Assembly: GCF_006345805.1 (NCBI RefSeq)
Contig: NC_043003.1
Span: 35,278,001 to 35,342,000, forward strand
Origin: Octopus sinensis
Lineage: Eukaryota
Length of the DNA: 64,000 nucleotides
Reading direction: 5' to 3'
Part shown: positions 26,000 through 38,697 of the stretch, in pieces
Numbering within the stretch: the first letter of the stretch is position 1
How the letters are laid out: every line of letters begins with the position of its first letter
The notes under the pieces: generated by a model
The model's database searches: none
Seen by the model: the letters and a program-made list of their open reading frames with translations, nothing else
What the model was told of the DNA's origin: nothing
Program-made: the position numbers and the translations under genes

Positions 26000-28546
26000 T
26001 ATATATATATATATATATACATACAAACATATATATATATATGAATGTATGCTTATATGAACCTATTAGTGTATGCGCTTATTTCTCGTTATATGACAAA
26101 ATGATTTCAGTCATTTGGCACCCACAGATATTCTTAAATTGAATTTTTTTTTTTTTTTCAGTCTCTTAGCTGCTGGATAGTATCAGAACCAGTGATGTTC
26201 TGAGGTTGGTTCAGTCGACTATTTCCCGTCCTTTATAAATATGTCTCCTTGTGTCAATGTGCAGAAAAAAAAAAAAAAAAAAAAAAATCAATAATACTTC
26301 CCATGTCGCCTTTCCGTTTAAGGTGTCCGGGACACCTGCAACTCTTCACACCTAGACAATCTGCGAATGTCGCTTCTTCTTCTTCTTCTTCTTCTTCTTC
26401 TTCTTCTTCTTCTTCTTCTTCTTCTTCTCCTTCTCCTTCTTCTTCTTCTTCTTCTTCTTCTTTTTCTTCTCTCTCCTCCTCCTTCTTCTTCTTCTTGTTC
26501 TTCAACTACTACTACTACTATTACTACTCCTACTGCTGCTGCTGCTACTGCTGCTACTACTACTACTACTACTACTACTATTTCGTACAACAGACAGACA
26601 GACAGACAGACAGACATCATTATGCCCAATAATGATCACATACAAACTATATGTACTATGCCCAATAATGATCACATACAAACGGTAGTATTGTGTTTGC
26701 GATTGATAGTTATGTTACTACTGCTATTCTCACTTCTCTGCTTGCAGTTTGTAGTTTTGCAACTAATAACTAATTCAACGTAGCACTTAACTTTAGCAAT
26801 AGGTGCTGGTTAGTCGCTTTGAATACTACTAGTACTACGCTATTTGAACTGCTTTCGCTGTCTCCTCCCCTTCCCCCCTTCTTCTTATGCCTATTCTGTA
26901 CCCATTACTTTGTGAAATGCACAGTTTTTCTACTTTAGCCATACATATTTTTTTTTGTCTAATATAACTTAATGCAACCATCAAAGCTGGTTCCGTGCGA
27001 TTGTTCAACTGCTAGAAATAACAGCAAAATATCCTTAAAATTTCATTCTACTTTTTTAACTATACTTAGATGTATATTCGGTGATCGAGTCCAGGTAATA
27101 ATATATATCAGGAACTAATATGCCTTAGGAAAAAAAAATGTAAATATTGGATGGTTACTACTGGAATGTCGGCCGAACGATAAAATTCAACAGATAGAAA
27201 CGGCCACTGAGGACATACACTAGCTAATGTTGTGCCCTTAGCAAGTCTACCTTCAGACCAATATTTTTCATACACTTGTGGGATCTGGAGGAAGGGAAAT
27301 TACCTATAACTTTCGCAGGAGTTTTGAAATAATTGAGATCAATGCCATTAATATTTTCTTTGAACCTTTGAAAGTCAACATTTGCCAGAAGGACATGAGC
27401 AGTGAGTGAGTTTCATACGTTCTGCAGACGACGGTAGACTAGATACAGTGGTTAGTACTACGTCTGGGAGTTTGGATATAAATTGTATGATGGAAAAAGA
27501 GAAATATTTGTCCGGCGTGCCTGTGTGAATATTGTACGAGAGCAGGCGTCTTCTCAGAGCAGAACCTATTGTAGCTGCAGTATTAAAGGTAGGTAGAAGA
27601 GTACATCAAGAGGCCAGAGGTTGAAGTGTGTCTGTGAGTGATTTTATATTCAATCAGTCCTCTGGCCTACGGTTTGGAATAGCTGTATGTTAAGCAGCAG
27701 TACAGTACCCATGTCGATGTGCGCAGTATCGTTCTCATCTCAGCGGGTAAACTGCATATCTGAAAGACAAACAAAAAATAAAACATATATCAGGATTACA
27801 CCTATTCGTGACCTGTGGGTCACACTGAAAATATACGACAGTGAAAACGACTAGTATTTATTGCATATATTACTTATTTTACCTTAGTTGGTAGTACCAT
27901 GAAAGCGATAGAGTGCGAAACGAAGTGACATGAAGGTTTTAGTTGTATCACTTTGACTTCTGACCTCAAATCTCTCTGAGGTCAATGTTTACTTTCATCA
28001 CTTCGTGGTCGATAATATAAGTCCCGATCACGTATCTTCACCAACCTCAGCTGTACTTTCCAAATCAGAACTATTTATTATAATATTGCTGAAATAGCAA
28101 CAGAATTGACTGTAATGCTTTTGCTGCTATTACATTTACTACATAACATCTACCAAAACCTGACATGGTATTAGTTGTAGTAATAATTTACTATTCGTTA
28201 GTTTACTATCCGTTGTAGTCGTTAACTCCCCATTTCAGCCCTGATTATCAAGGTATATTATGTCGTGTACTACACTACACATTTGGTCATATTCTAATGA
28301 CAATGCAGTTTACACAAATCAAGATTTGGGTGCTATTTCTAATAGGCTTGGCCATCAGCATCTCCTTTTCGCCGGTTCTTGGATTGGAAAATACTAATGC
28401 GGTTTGTTAGTGCATGGTGGTCCCAGTAGAAAGAGTTACATTAATAACAGGACGAATTGTATTACCACTACTACTGCTTACATTAATAGCAGGAAGAATT
28501 TGTACTACTACTACTACTACTACTGCTACTACTACTACTACTACTA

Positions 28547-28585
<39 letters not shown>

Positions 28586-29076
28586 AAGTTGTAGTTTAGT
28601 GTTAGGCTCTCCTGGGTCGAGAAGAACTATAAAGACCAGTGTTCCGAGTGACCACATCGTATACATACATACGTACGTACATACATACATACATACATGC
28701 ATACATACATGCATACATATACATATAAATATACACGTTTGCATAAATATATGTGTATGTGTGTGCGTGTGTGTGTAAATGTATCTGTCTATGTATGTAT
28801 CTATCTGTCTGTCTGTCTGTCTATCTGTCTGCATATGTATTTTTATTCTTTTATTCTTTTACTTGTTTCAGTCATTTTGACTGCGGCCATGCTGGAGCAC
28901 CGCCTTTAATGTATGTATATATTTGTATAAATGCTATGCATTGTATATACCCGTACACAGTTTTGTTTATTTAGTTCAATTCGTCTTACTTCATATAAGA
29001 TTATGGACTTTGATGTTCTTTAGGGAGGTTTGGCTACTATTTCTAACAGACTGTGTACGTAGCGTTTCATCATTAT

Positions 29077-29107
<31 letters not shown>

Positions 29108-29345
29108 ATCAGCATCAACATAAGCAGCAACAGCAATAGCAGCAGTAGCAGCAGCAACAGCAACAGCAACAGTAGTAGTAGTGGTGGTGGCGGTATTGCT
29201 CTTTTTGTTTCTGTCGTTGTTACCGTTGTTGTTGGTGGTGATAGTGGTACTTGTGGTGGTGTTGGTGGTGGAGACATTAGTGATGCTGATGCTGGTGGTA
29301 CTGGTGGTACTTGCGGCAGTAGTGGTGGCGGTAGTGGTACTGGTG

Positions 29346-29397
<52 letters not shown>

Positions 29398-29734
29398 CCA
29401 CAGCAGCCGCAGCAGTAGTAGTGGTAGTAGTAATGCTTGAATTAAAGATGTGGACGTAGAGTTAGTAAGAGAAGTAGCATTAGTGGTGTAAGTAGTAATT
29501 ATAGAATGAGAAGCAAGAAGCGGATCACATTAGTGACATTAGTGTTTTCCTATTTGACTGGCGTCAGTAGCAGGGTGTGCCCATACTGCAGCACAACCGC
29601 AATTTGCATTTTTATTTATTTAATTTTTGTTTAAAAGTGCTGGTAAAGGTTTTTATATCTCCTTAGCCACATAGGAAACAGGATAGTGTAGATTTATTGT
29701 AAACGTTCTTAAAACCCATTATTTCCACCCGTTA

Positions 29735-30060
29735 TGACATACCCGTCTCCGTACCGGATTATTGGACTGGCACTGTGTCGGTTGAGACTACGAGGTTTCC
29801 AGTTAATCCGACCAACGGAAAAACTTGCTCGTGGAATTAACCTGACAGGAGTATCCTTAACGTAGTTTTCAGCAAGATTCAGCGTGACACAGAGTGTGAC
29901 AAGGCTGAGCCTTTGTCTTACGGGTACTAATCACTTTTGCCAACTGAATGGACTGGAGCAACTTGAAATACAGTCTCTTGCTCAAGAGGACATTGCGCCA
30001 CCCGATACCAAACTGATGACCTAACGATCGTGAGCTGGACCCCTAACCACTAAACCACAG
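29735..30060 (-). mobile_element. tRNA-derived SINE, third family
   Basis: Minus-strand tRNA-like head followed by TCTTGAGCAAGAGAC motif; related head fragment at about 58700-58770. Confidence 0.55.
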
Positions 30061-30407
30061 CATTATATAATGCGTTATGTTTTAAAGAGAGCAGGGTCCA
30101 CGCCGAATAAGTTTTTTTTTTTTTTTGTTTTGCTTTTTCTAGGAAGTCAAACAACCACATAAGAGTTTCTCTCGTCGGCTCATGGCTAGTGGGATGTTTG
30201 TTGAGTGAAGGTGTGTAGTGGTCTCAGTAGTCGTAAAAATTACAGCATAAGTAGTTATAATGGTAACAGCAGTAGCAGCGAAATAACAAAATCAGCAGCA
30301 GCAGTAGCGAAATAACAAAATGCCTGAGATTATTTGTTTGAAATTTTTGATTTCAAATCTCGCCGATTGCCTTTTATAATTTTGGGTTCGATATAAAAAT
30401 ATCAAAA

Positions 30408-30802
30408 GCAGTGAGCTGGCAGAAACGTTAGCACGTCGGGCGAAATCCTTAGCGGTATTTCGTCTGCCGCTAAATTCTGAGTTCAAATGCTGCCGAGGTC
30501 GACTTTGCTTTTCATCCTTTCGAGGTCGATTAGATAAGTACCAGTTACGCACTGGGGTCGATATAATCGACTTAATCCGTTTGTCTGTCCTTGTTTGTCC
30601 TCTCTATTTTAGCCCCTTCTGTGTAGTAAAGAAATAGGTATTTCACCTGCCTTTACGTTCTGTGTTCAAATTCCACCGAGGTCGACTTTACTTTTCATCC
30701 TTTCGGGGTCAATAAAGTAAGTACCAGTAGCGTACTGGGGTCCATCTAATCGACTGGTCCCCTTCCCTAAAATGTCGGGCTTTGTGTCTAGAGTAGAAAA
30801 GG
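30408..30802 (+). mobile_element. SINE family A (dimeric)
   Basis: Same head and modules as 11778-12270. Confidence 0.85.
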
Positions 30803-31121
30803 ATATACAAATATCACTCTAAGACGGCTGATTTTAGAAACTGTGTGAAGGCTTCAGTATATACCTTCCAATTCTTGACACAGCCTCTTGCGTTCTGATT
30901 TCGAATCCTGCAATGGATTACTTGGATGGTTGACTAGACGCCTCAGTCCGTTTCACACCACCACATGTCACCTTTGGTCCTTTTAGCCTTTCTCACCTAC
31001 TAGACTCGAAGGCTTAAGTGTGAATAGCATTGTATTTCCTCCGGGCATTAGTCTCAATGTATCAGCATCTCCTTTTCGCCGGTTCTTGGATTATTATTAT
31101 CATTATCATCGTCATAATAAC

Positions 31122-31183
<62 letters not shown>

Positions 31184-31650
31184 GGTGAGCTGGCAGAAAC
31201 GTTAGCACGATGGGCGAAATGCTTAGCGGTATTTCGTCTGCGTTACGTTGTGAGTTCAAATTCCGCCGAGGTCGACTTTGCCTTTCATCCTTTCGGGGTC
31301 GATAAATTAAGTACCAGTTACGCACTGGGGTCGATTTAATCGACTTAATACCTATGTCTGTCCTTGTTTGTCCGCTCTGTGTTTAGCCCCTTGTGGGTAA
31401 TAAAGAAATAGGTATTTTGTCTGCCGTTACGTTCTGAGTTCAAATTCCGCCGAGGTCAACTTTGCCTTTCATCATTTCGGGGTCGATAAATTAAGTACCA
31501 GTTACACACTGGGGTCGATGTAATCGATTTGATCCGTTTGTCTGTCCTTGTTTGTCCTCTCTGTGTTTAGCCCCTTGTGGGTAGTAAAGAAATAGGCATT
31601 TCATCTGCCGCTACGTTCTGAGTTCAAATTCCTCCGAGGTCGACAAAAGA
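31184..31650 (+). mobile_element. SINE family A concatemer, 184-bp period
   Basis: GTT(C/G)TGAGTTCAAATTCC at 31247, 31431 and 31615. Confidence 0.85.
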
Positions 31651-32651
31651 AATTGATAGATCAGTACTAGGCTTAGAAAGAATAAGTCCTGGGGTCGATT
31701 TGCTCGACTAAAGGCGCTGCTCCAGCATGGCTGCAGTCAAACGACTGTATCAATTAAAAGAATAAAAGAATATATGTTATGTGTGTGAGTTTCTACATTA
31801 TAATTGTAGCTAATTATACAGGGCCGCAAAATTTGAAGGACAGGAGATGCTGATTACATCGAGTCAGTGCTCAACTCCTACTAACAGTATCGTCCCGGAA
31901 GGATGCCATATAATATTGACCTAGATGGCATTTAAAATTTGAATGCAAAGGGCCATAAGAAATGCCACAAAGTATCTTCTCCGGCATGGTAACAGTTCCT
32001 CCAGTTCTCCGCCATACGTTTCGACAGTTTAGTAATTGCCAAGATGTATTTATATACTTAGTATCACAGAAATCTTTCTGACTGCTGCGAATCTCTTTAT
32101 AAATAATACTTAACCTTAGGAATTACAAATCTTTCGGAGTTTTTAAAGATTCAAACAAATTCACCTCACAGGGAATATCCAACATCAGTGTATATATATA
32201 TGAAACTTTATATAAGAATATTTCATATACTCAATGTAGAATTTGTTTATACATCCTTGCAAAACTGGAGTTGTCCACTGTAGAGCAAACACGATATATG
32301 AATATGCTTGTTAAAATTCAATGTTGGCAATCTAATTTCATTTCACGTACAAGTTTTTAAAGTGCTCGAATTTCATTTATAACACATTGTATTATACAAT
32401 CTCCCTAAAATAATATGAATAGTTAAATGGCACGATGTTTAATGAGTTTAGTACATGTATGCGTGTGTGTGTATGTGTGTGTGCGTGTGTATGTGTGCGT
32501 TTTCGTGTTTGTGTGTGTTACACAAATACATACTTTCATATACTGGCATACACAAATATGCACGTACATTTATAGAGTAGATTTTAGCATTGTATTGCAT
32601 TCCTATAGCGAACTAATATTTTGCATCTAATGGTGCCGTTATTTTATATAC

Positions 32652-33046
32652 TACTAGCAGAATCGCCCGGTGTTGCTCGGGTTTGTAAGGGAAATAACTA
32701 TATAAGCATTTCTAGAGAGTTATAGCCACAAAATAGCAAAAAATGCATTAAAAATGGAAAAAAAATTATGGTAAATTTTTTTTTAAATCGTTGATTCATC
32801 GTAAACATTTTTAGAGTTACTTCCCTTATATAATAGCGAAAAAATGCATTAAAATGGGAAAAATGATGGTAAATTATTTTTAAAATCGTAGAGTCATCGT
32901 AGACGCGCGCTAATACCCAGAAGGGATCGATATGAATCACGACTATAAGATACCCGGTTTTGGTTAAACTGCACCAAAATGTGGGAGTAGTTAGGAATCT
33001 AAATCGTAGGAGACACACACACAACTTCACTTTTATATATAAAGAT
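32652..33046 (+). mobile_element. Non-autonomous Helentron/HINE (DINE-like) element, copy 1
   Basis: Starts TACTAGCAG...CCCGGTGTTGCTCGGG (short hairpin) and ends (CA)n...TTTTATATATAAAGAT; reverse copy at 53768-54162. Class assignment is from end structure only. Confidence 0.55.
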
Positions 33047-34190
33047 GATACATCGCAAAATACTCAATGTAGGTGCAAAGAAAGAGGAGGGAGAAAGAAA
33101 GCGAGGAAATGAGAGAATGAGAGAATGAGCCGAAGATAGTGTGAGGTAACAGACTTTGCAACGGATACATATTCTTTGTTCTCCAACTCCAGCTCCGTAT
33201 TACTATCACCACACTAACAATCAAATTTCTTGCACGTTTAGTTTAACTTTTATCTTATTCAGCGTCTCACTTCTTAGAAGCCTTGGTTTACTTTGACTGT
33301 CACCTTCTACATCTTCCTTTCTCTTTCTCACTTTCTGTCCGGTTATGAATGCAAGCTCGATTTCTCTCCCTCTCTCTCACTTTATTTCTCCCTCCTCTCT
33401 CTCCCTATATCTATCTATCTATCTTTTCTTTTTTTGTTCTTTTCTTCCCTTTTACGATCCCTCTTGATCGAAAACCTACGCCACCCCTTTTTTTTGTTTT
33501 TTTTCTTTTGTTTTTTGTTTTTTTCATCCCCCAAAAGAAAAGCTCTACCTTGTAACTTGTCCCATCTGTGTGCAGCCCTGTGTGGCCAATAAAGAAACTT
33601 ATATATCTATCTATCTATCTATCTCTTCACCTCTACTTTGTGACATTTTAGTATAAACAGCAGCACCAACACCAACACTATCAAATTTTATCACTATCGT
33701 CTCTTACTTTCTGTTATTTTTTATTTTCTCTCTTCATCTCAGGCTTTTTCTATTTCTTTCTATTTCTTTCTTAAGCTTACTATTTCCAAGTCTTTCACTC
33801 TGTCTGTCTGCCCCCCCCTCTCTCTCTTTCGGTCGTACTTTATTTCCTCTAACAATTTTTCTCTGTTCCTATATTTCACTACTTTTCTTGTACTCGAAAC
33901 CTTTTTTTTGATTTTTCTGCATTCATCATTAACAGCAACAACAACTCTCTGCTAAGCTTCCGTCACTATTGCCATAACTATTGAAAGTTTTCTTACTCTA
34001 TTTGAGTTACTTCCCTTAGCGTCACACGCATATCAGGTAGGTAGGAAAGTCGTATTGTCTTAATATATGAATATTATGAGAATACTGTCCGCTAGAAGTG
34101 AATGCTATTTTTTGTGAGAAATGTGAGTTCGTGTACATGCGTTTTTGTGTATGCCTGTGTGTGCATGTGTCGTGCGTGTGTGTGTTTGTT

Positions 34191-34231
<41 letters not shown>

Positions 34232-34340
34232 TGTGTGTAAGCTGTATGTGCGAGAGTAAATGCGTGTATACGTGTGAGACGTGCATATATCAGTGTGCAT
34301 GCTGGTGTCACTTTGTAAAATTTGTAAATATGTGTGTAGA

Positions 34341-36839
34341 ATGGTCTCAACCTACGCGGTTATCCTGTCCGCAAATAAGTAAGGAGTAAGTATTCACATG
34401 CAGCCAGCAACCACGAATATGTATGAGAAAAACTATCTTGTAGTAAGACATGGAAGGTGGTATTCAGCCTATGATTAAATTGAACATCTACTGACATCGA
34501 TCTTTCCTTTTTCTTTAAACAGATACCAGTTTTCTCGTATCCCTGCATTTTCAATAACCATTAACAAATCGGATACATGTTCACTTGTTTTACAATCCTT
34601 TGAAATACATTTAAGATAAGCATATTTGACGTCATTTTGTATGGCACCGATACGCTAGTTATAAGTCCTAATTGTTGAATAAAAGTATATACGTAAATTG
34701 TTCAACACATAGACCATCTTCTTCCACTTACAAATACGAACGTATACACGTGCATAAATGATATAGACGTGTAAATATATTTAAATCGGGAGAAAAGAGT
34801 GCCTTTGTGTTTGAATGAAGCCTTCATTTTATTTTCTCATTATCGCAAACGCTTCATTTTTGTTCTATTCAGTCTCCCCCTATTGTCAAATGTATATTTC
34901 TTTTTTCGATTTTCAGTTTCTCCTCGGTCTTTGATTTTGAACATTTTCAGTCTTCATTTCATGAATTCACCAAAAATGAGACTAAAATGAGACTATTTCC
35001 TCCGTTGGGAAAGACTTCCTGAATGCACGAAGATTATTACTAGTGTTAAAAGATTGTATTATTAATTAAAAGCGGAGATTGAATCGGTTGAAGCGATATA
35101 CCGACGGAGAAAATTTCTGGCAGTATTTGATCAGGTTTTTCGGGCTCTTAAATGTCTCAGTGGAAATCCTATGGATGTCAATTTTGACTGTCATCCTATC
35201 GAATCGATAAAATAACGTACCAGCGAAATTCAGGGGTCGATATAATCAAATATATCCTATTTCTAAACTCGAAACATTGTGCTTATATAAGAAATTATCA
35301 TTACAACACTGACAAGGTGACTCTATAAACAGTATATAAATACTCTTTCGTGCTATTTATATATCTTTCCGTTTTGCTTAGTCAAAAGAAGATGAGCAGG
35401 AGCCGTAATACCTTTGCATGACTTCCGTTACTTGTGTAAGTAAGAAAGCACAATTGATGTGTTACCCTTAAGCTAGAGATCTAGACCGAATGGTTGCAAT
35501 GTTACAAAATTCACCTAAGTGACTGTTACTACTGATAAACCGAAGGTGTGTTAAGTATGCCATCTTAAAACTAATATAGTCCATCCTGCATGTTTCAAAG
35601 ATTTTTCGTGTCAGTCATACTCAAGACACTTGGGTTCCTGAAGACCAAGCCAGAAGATACACTGTCAGCAGTATTACACTTTTGGATAAAACCTGGGATT
35701 ATGTCGTCGGAAAGATCCAGGCTGCCCGCTTTGCCTTTCTGTTCTTCCTCATCGATAAGTGAGTCTCTTTATCACTCACCATTTTTATGGATCGTGTTCA
35801 AACGAAAAAATATCATTCTTCATACAAAAAAAAGGCACTAAAAATTGAAGAATGTGTATATACCCGACCAAGATAGTGGTAGATTTCCATTTGTAGACAA
35901 TTAGTCAGTGTAATACATTAATTCTTGCTTCATAAAAAAGTTAGATCACATTCAATTTTTTCAGCTCTTGTTTAGGGCCTAGCCAAACTTGGCTGAGCCG
36001 GCCCATGATCAAAGATGTTACAATCAGAATTAATTTGCATTTTCTTCTATTGGATAGTGTCTATGTTACCAAATGTTGCAATGCGTTCTTTTAAGGACAG
36101 TAGAGAACGATTTGGGGGAAATTTGGCTGCTATTTCTAGCAGCTCAAGTCTCCACATATAGTCTTCCATGTGTTAGTGCTTCAAAAAGATCAGTACTGAC
36201 CATGTGAACCTATGATCATAAGGTATTCTAGCTGTGACCAATGTGTATTTCTAAGACTATATCATCCAAGTGAGTATATTCCGATTTTTTCAGAAGACAT
36301 CAGCTCCATGAGCATATTTTCTTACTTTCAAACATAATGTATTTCTTTCCATATTATTTATTGTGTCCTTACAAGTTTAATTTGGTATGGAGTGATTTTA
36401 GAGAAGGGTATCTGTTATTCTTACAGGTCTGGTGACTACATACCAGGTTTTCCTTCGATGGAATATATTAAATTGTAATAATTTCTTAATATCAATTAGA
36501 TATATAAGATCACAACAGTCCAAAAGTAACTGAAGCAGCTATAAATATTTTCTGTGAACCAGCTTGAAATGGATGAGATTTACGTATCTTAAGTCCAAAT
36601 GCGAACAATCGCACAAGCATGAGATCGATGATTCATCTGGTTAGCAGTTACAATCTTCTATAAAGGTGGGGCATTTTACCAATATTTTAGTCAGGGAAGA
36701 AAAGGCAGTCCCCATGTCTTTTCAAGAGCTTATGAGGCTGTTAGAAGAAGAGAAGATATTATACTCAAAACCTCAACCACGATCAAAAACTTTCAACAGT
36801 GTTAGCTCCGTTATAGGCAGCCCCCAAAACTTTCCATAG
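34341..36839 (+). CDS. Candidate unannotated small spliced gene of unknown product (candidate exons 34340-34378, 35382-35435, 35601-35758, 36427-36474, 36691-36805/36839)
   Basis: Unique-sequence islands bounded by AG acceptors (e.g. TTATTCTTACAG|G at 36426/7, GTTTTGCTTAG|T at 35381/2) and GT donors (AA|GTGAGT 35758/9, GT|GTAAGT 35435/6, AA|GTAAGG 34378/9). Phases are compatible and frames stay open. No recognisable homolog. Confidence 0.4.
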
Positions 36840-36959
36840 ATTAATTCTAATATCCAAAGACTCAGAATACAAAATTAAGGCCGCACACAGTAAGTTATCA
36901 CTTTCGACTCTCCTAAAGTTTGCCATTTTACAATCTTGGACGAATAGTACTATATTTTA

Positions 36960-37185
36960 TCTGTTTCTTTATTGCCCACAAGGGGCAAATTATAGAGGGG
37001 ACAAACAAGGACAGACAAATGGATTAAGTCGATTACATTGACCCCAGTGCGTAACTGGTACTTAATTTATCGACCCCGAAAGGATGAAAGGCAAAGTCGA
37101 CCTCGGCGGAATTTGAACTCAGAACGCAACGACAGACGCAATACCGCTAAGCATTTCGCCCGGTGTGCTAACGTTTCTGCCCGAC
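36960..37185 (-). mobile_element. SINE family A copy
   Basis: Reverse complement of family A modules. Confidence 0.85.
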
Positions 37186-37359
37186 AGCGAAATAAGGATA
37201 GTCAAAAATTAGATTGAGAAGGATTTGCACTCAGAGTGCAGAGGTCCGAAACAAGGAGGCTCTTAGGCGTCTGTTAATTCATCAACTTTTTCGGGAGCGT
37301 GTACGCGTGAGTGTGTATGTGCGTGGTGCGTATACTTGCATGTGTGTACTCACGCATGT

Positions 37360-37494
<135 letters not shown>

Positions 37495-37677
37495 TACACA
37501 CACAACACATATATATATATGCAAACACACACACACACATATATATATATATACACACACATACACACACAACACACATATATATATACACATACACATA
37601 CACACACACACACATATATATATATATACACACACACATACACACACACACACATATATATATATATACACACACAC

Positions 37678-37718
<41 letters not shown>

Positions 37719-37740
37719 AATATATATATATATGTATGTA

Positions 37741-37779
<39 letters not shown>

Positions 37780-38657
37780 ACAGACATACGCACATATACA
37801 AATATATAAAATGTGATTGGATGTGTTAGTCTCCCACCTCAGTGTCTGAAATTATCCATACGCACAATATTTTAAGGCGGCCAAACGTAACGTAAGCTTT
37901 CCGAAATAGTCACTAAATCGGACACTGTTGTTTCTCCCTTTCATACCCTTTCGCTATATATGCAAATACTCGCACACACACACACACACACACAGGCACG
38001 CACACACATACACACACACACACACACACAAATGTATGAAAGATTACAGGTATATATATATATGTAAATATGTATGTGTAAAAATGTGTCTCTGTGTTTT
38101 TGTATTTATACATCTCATATACATATAAATATATATATATACACACACCCACATACATATACAGACACACATACATATACAGGCATCCAAATATGCATAA
38201 CACACTCTATATGTACATATAACTGGGCGTATGTGTCCGTTTGTGTATGTGTGTGTGTATTTGTGTGTGTGTGTGTGCTTGTGTGTGTGTGTGTGTATGT
38301 GTGCATGTGTGTATGTGTGTTTGTATATGTGTATGCACAAAACCAACCGCTTGCACACACACTTTCTTAAAAAGGGAGAGACAGAGAGACAGAGGGTATG
38401 AAATACGTTTTCTCCACAAATTCGCAAACAATATTTTCTTATGTCTTTTTGTAATTCTTTATCCATGATACCTACGCACAGTGGCAAAAATAAGCGTACA
38501 TAGATACGCATATAACAACAGATATGCTAGCAAAGAGGTATATACACATACACATAAGGCACACAAGCACGTATATAAAACTACGCATATTTTTCCAATC
38601 TTAGATACAAATACACAATGTGTATGTGTGCGTGTGTATGCATCTGTATGTATGCAT

Positions 38658-38697
<40 letters not shown>

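Noticed and set aside
27440-27759. Possible minus-strand exon after strong acceptor TTTGTCTTTCAG at 27760
   Set aside because: All three frames stop within about 30 codons, with no recognisable homology or clear partner exons; could be a UTR or terminal exon but is unsupported.
31184-31650. Regularly spaced repeats resembling a CRISPR array
   Set aside because: The units are contiguous SINE modules with no unique spacers, in eukaryotic DNA with no cas genes.
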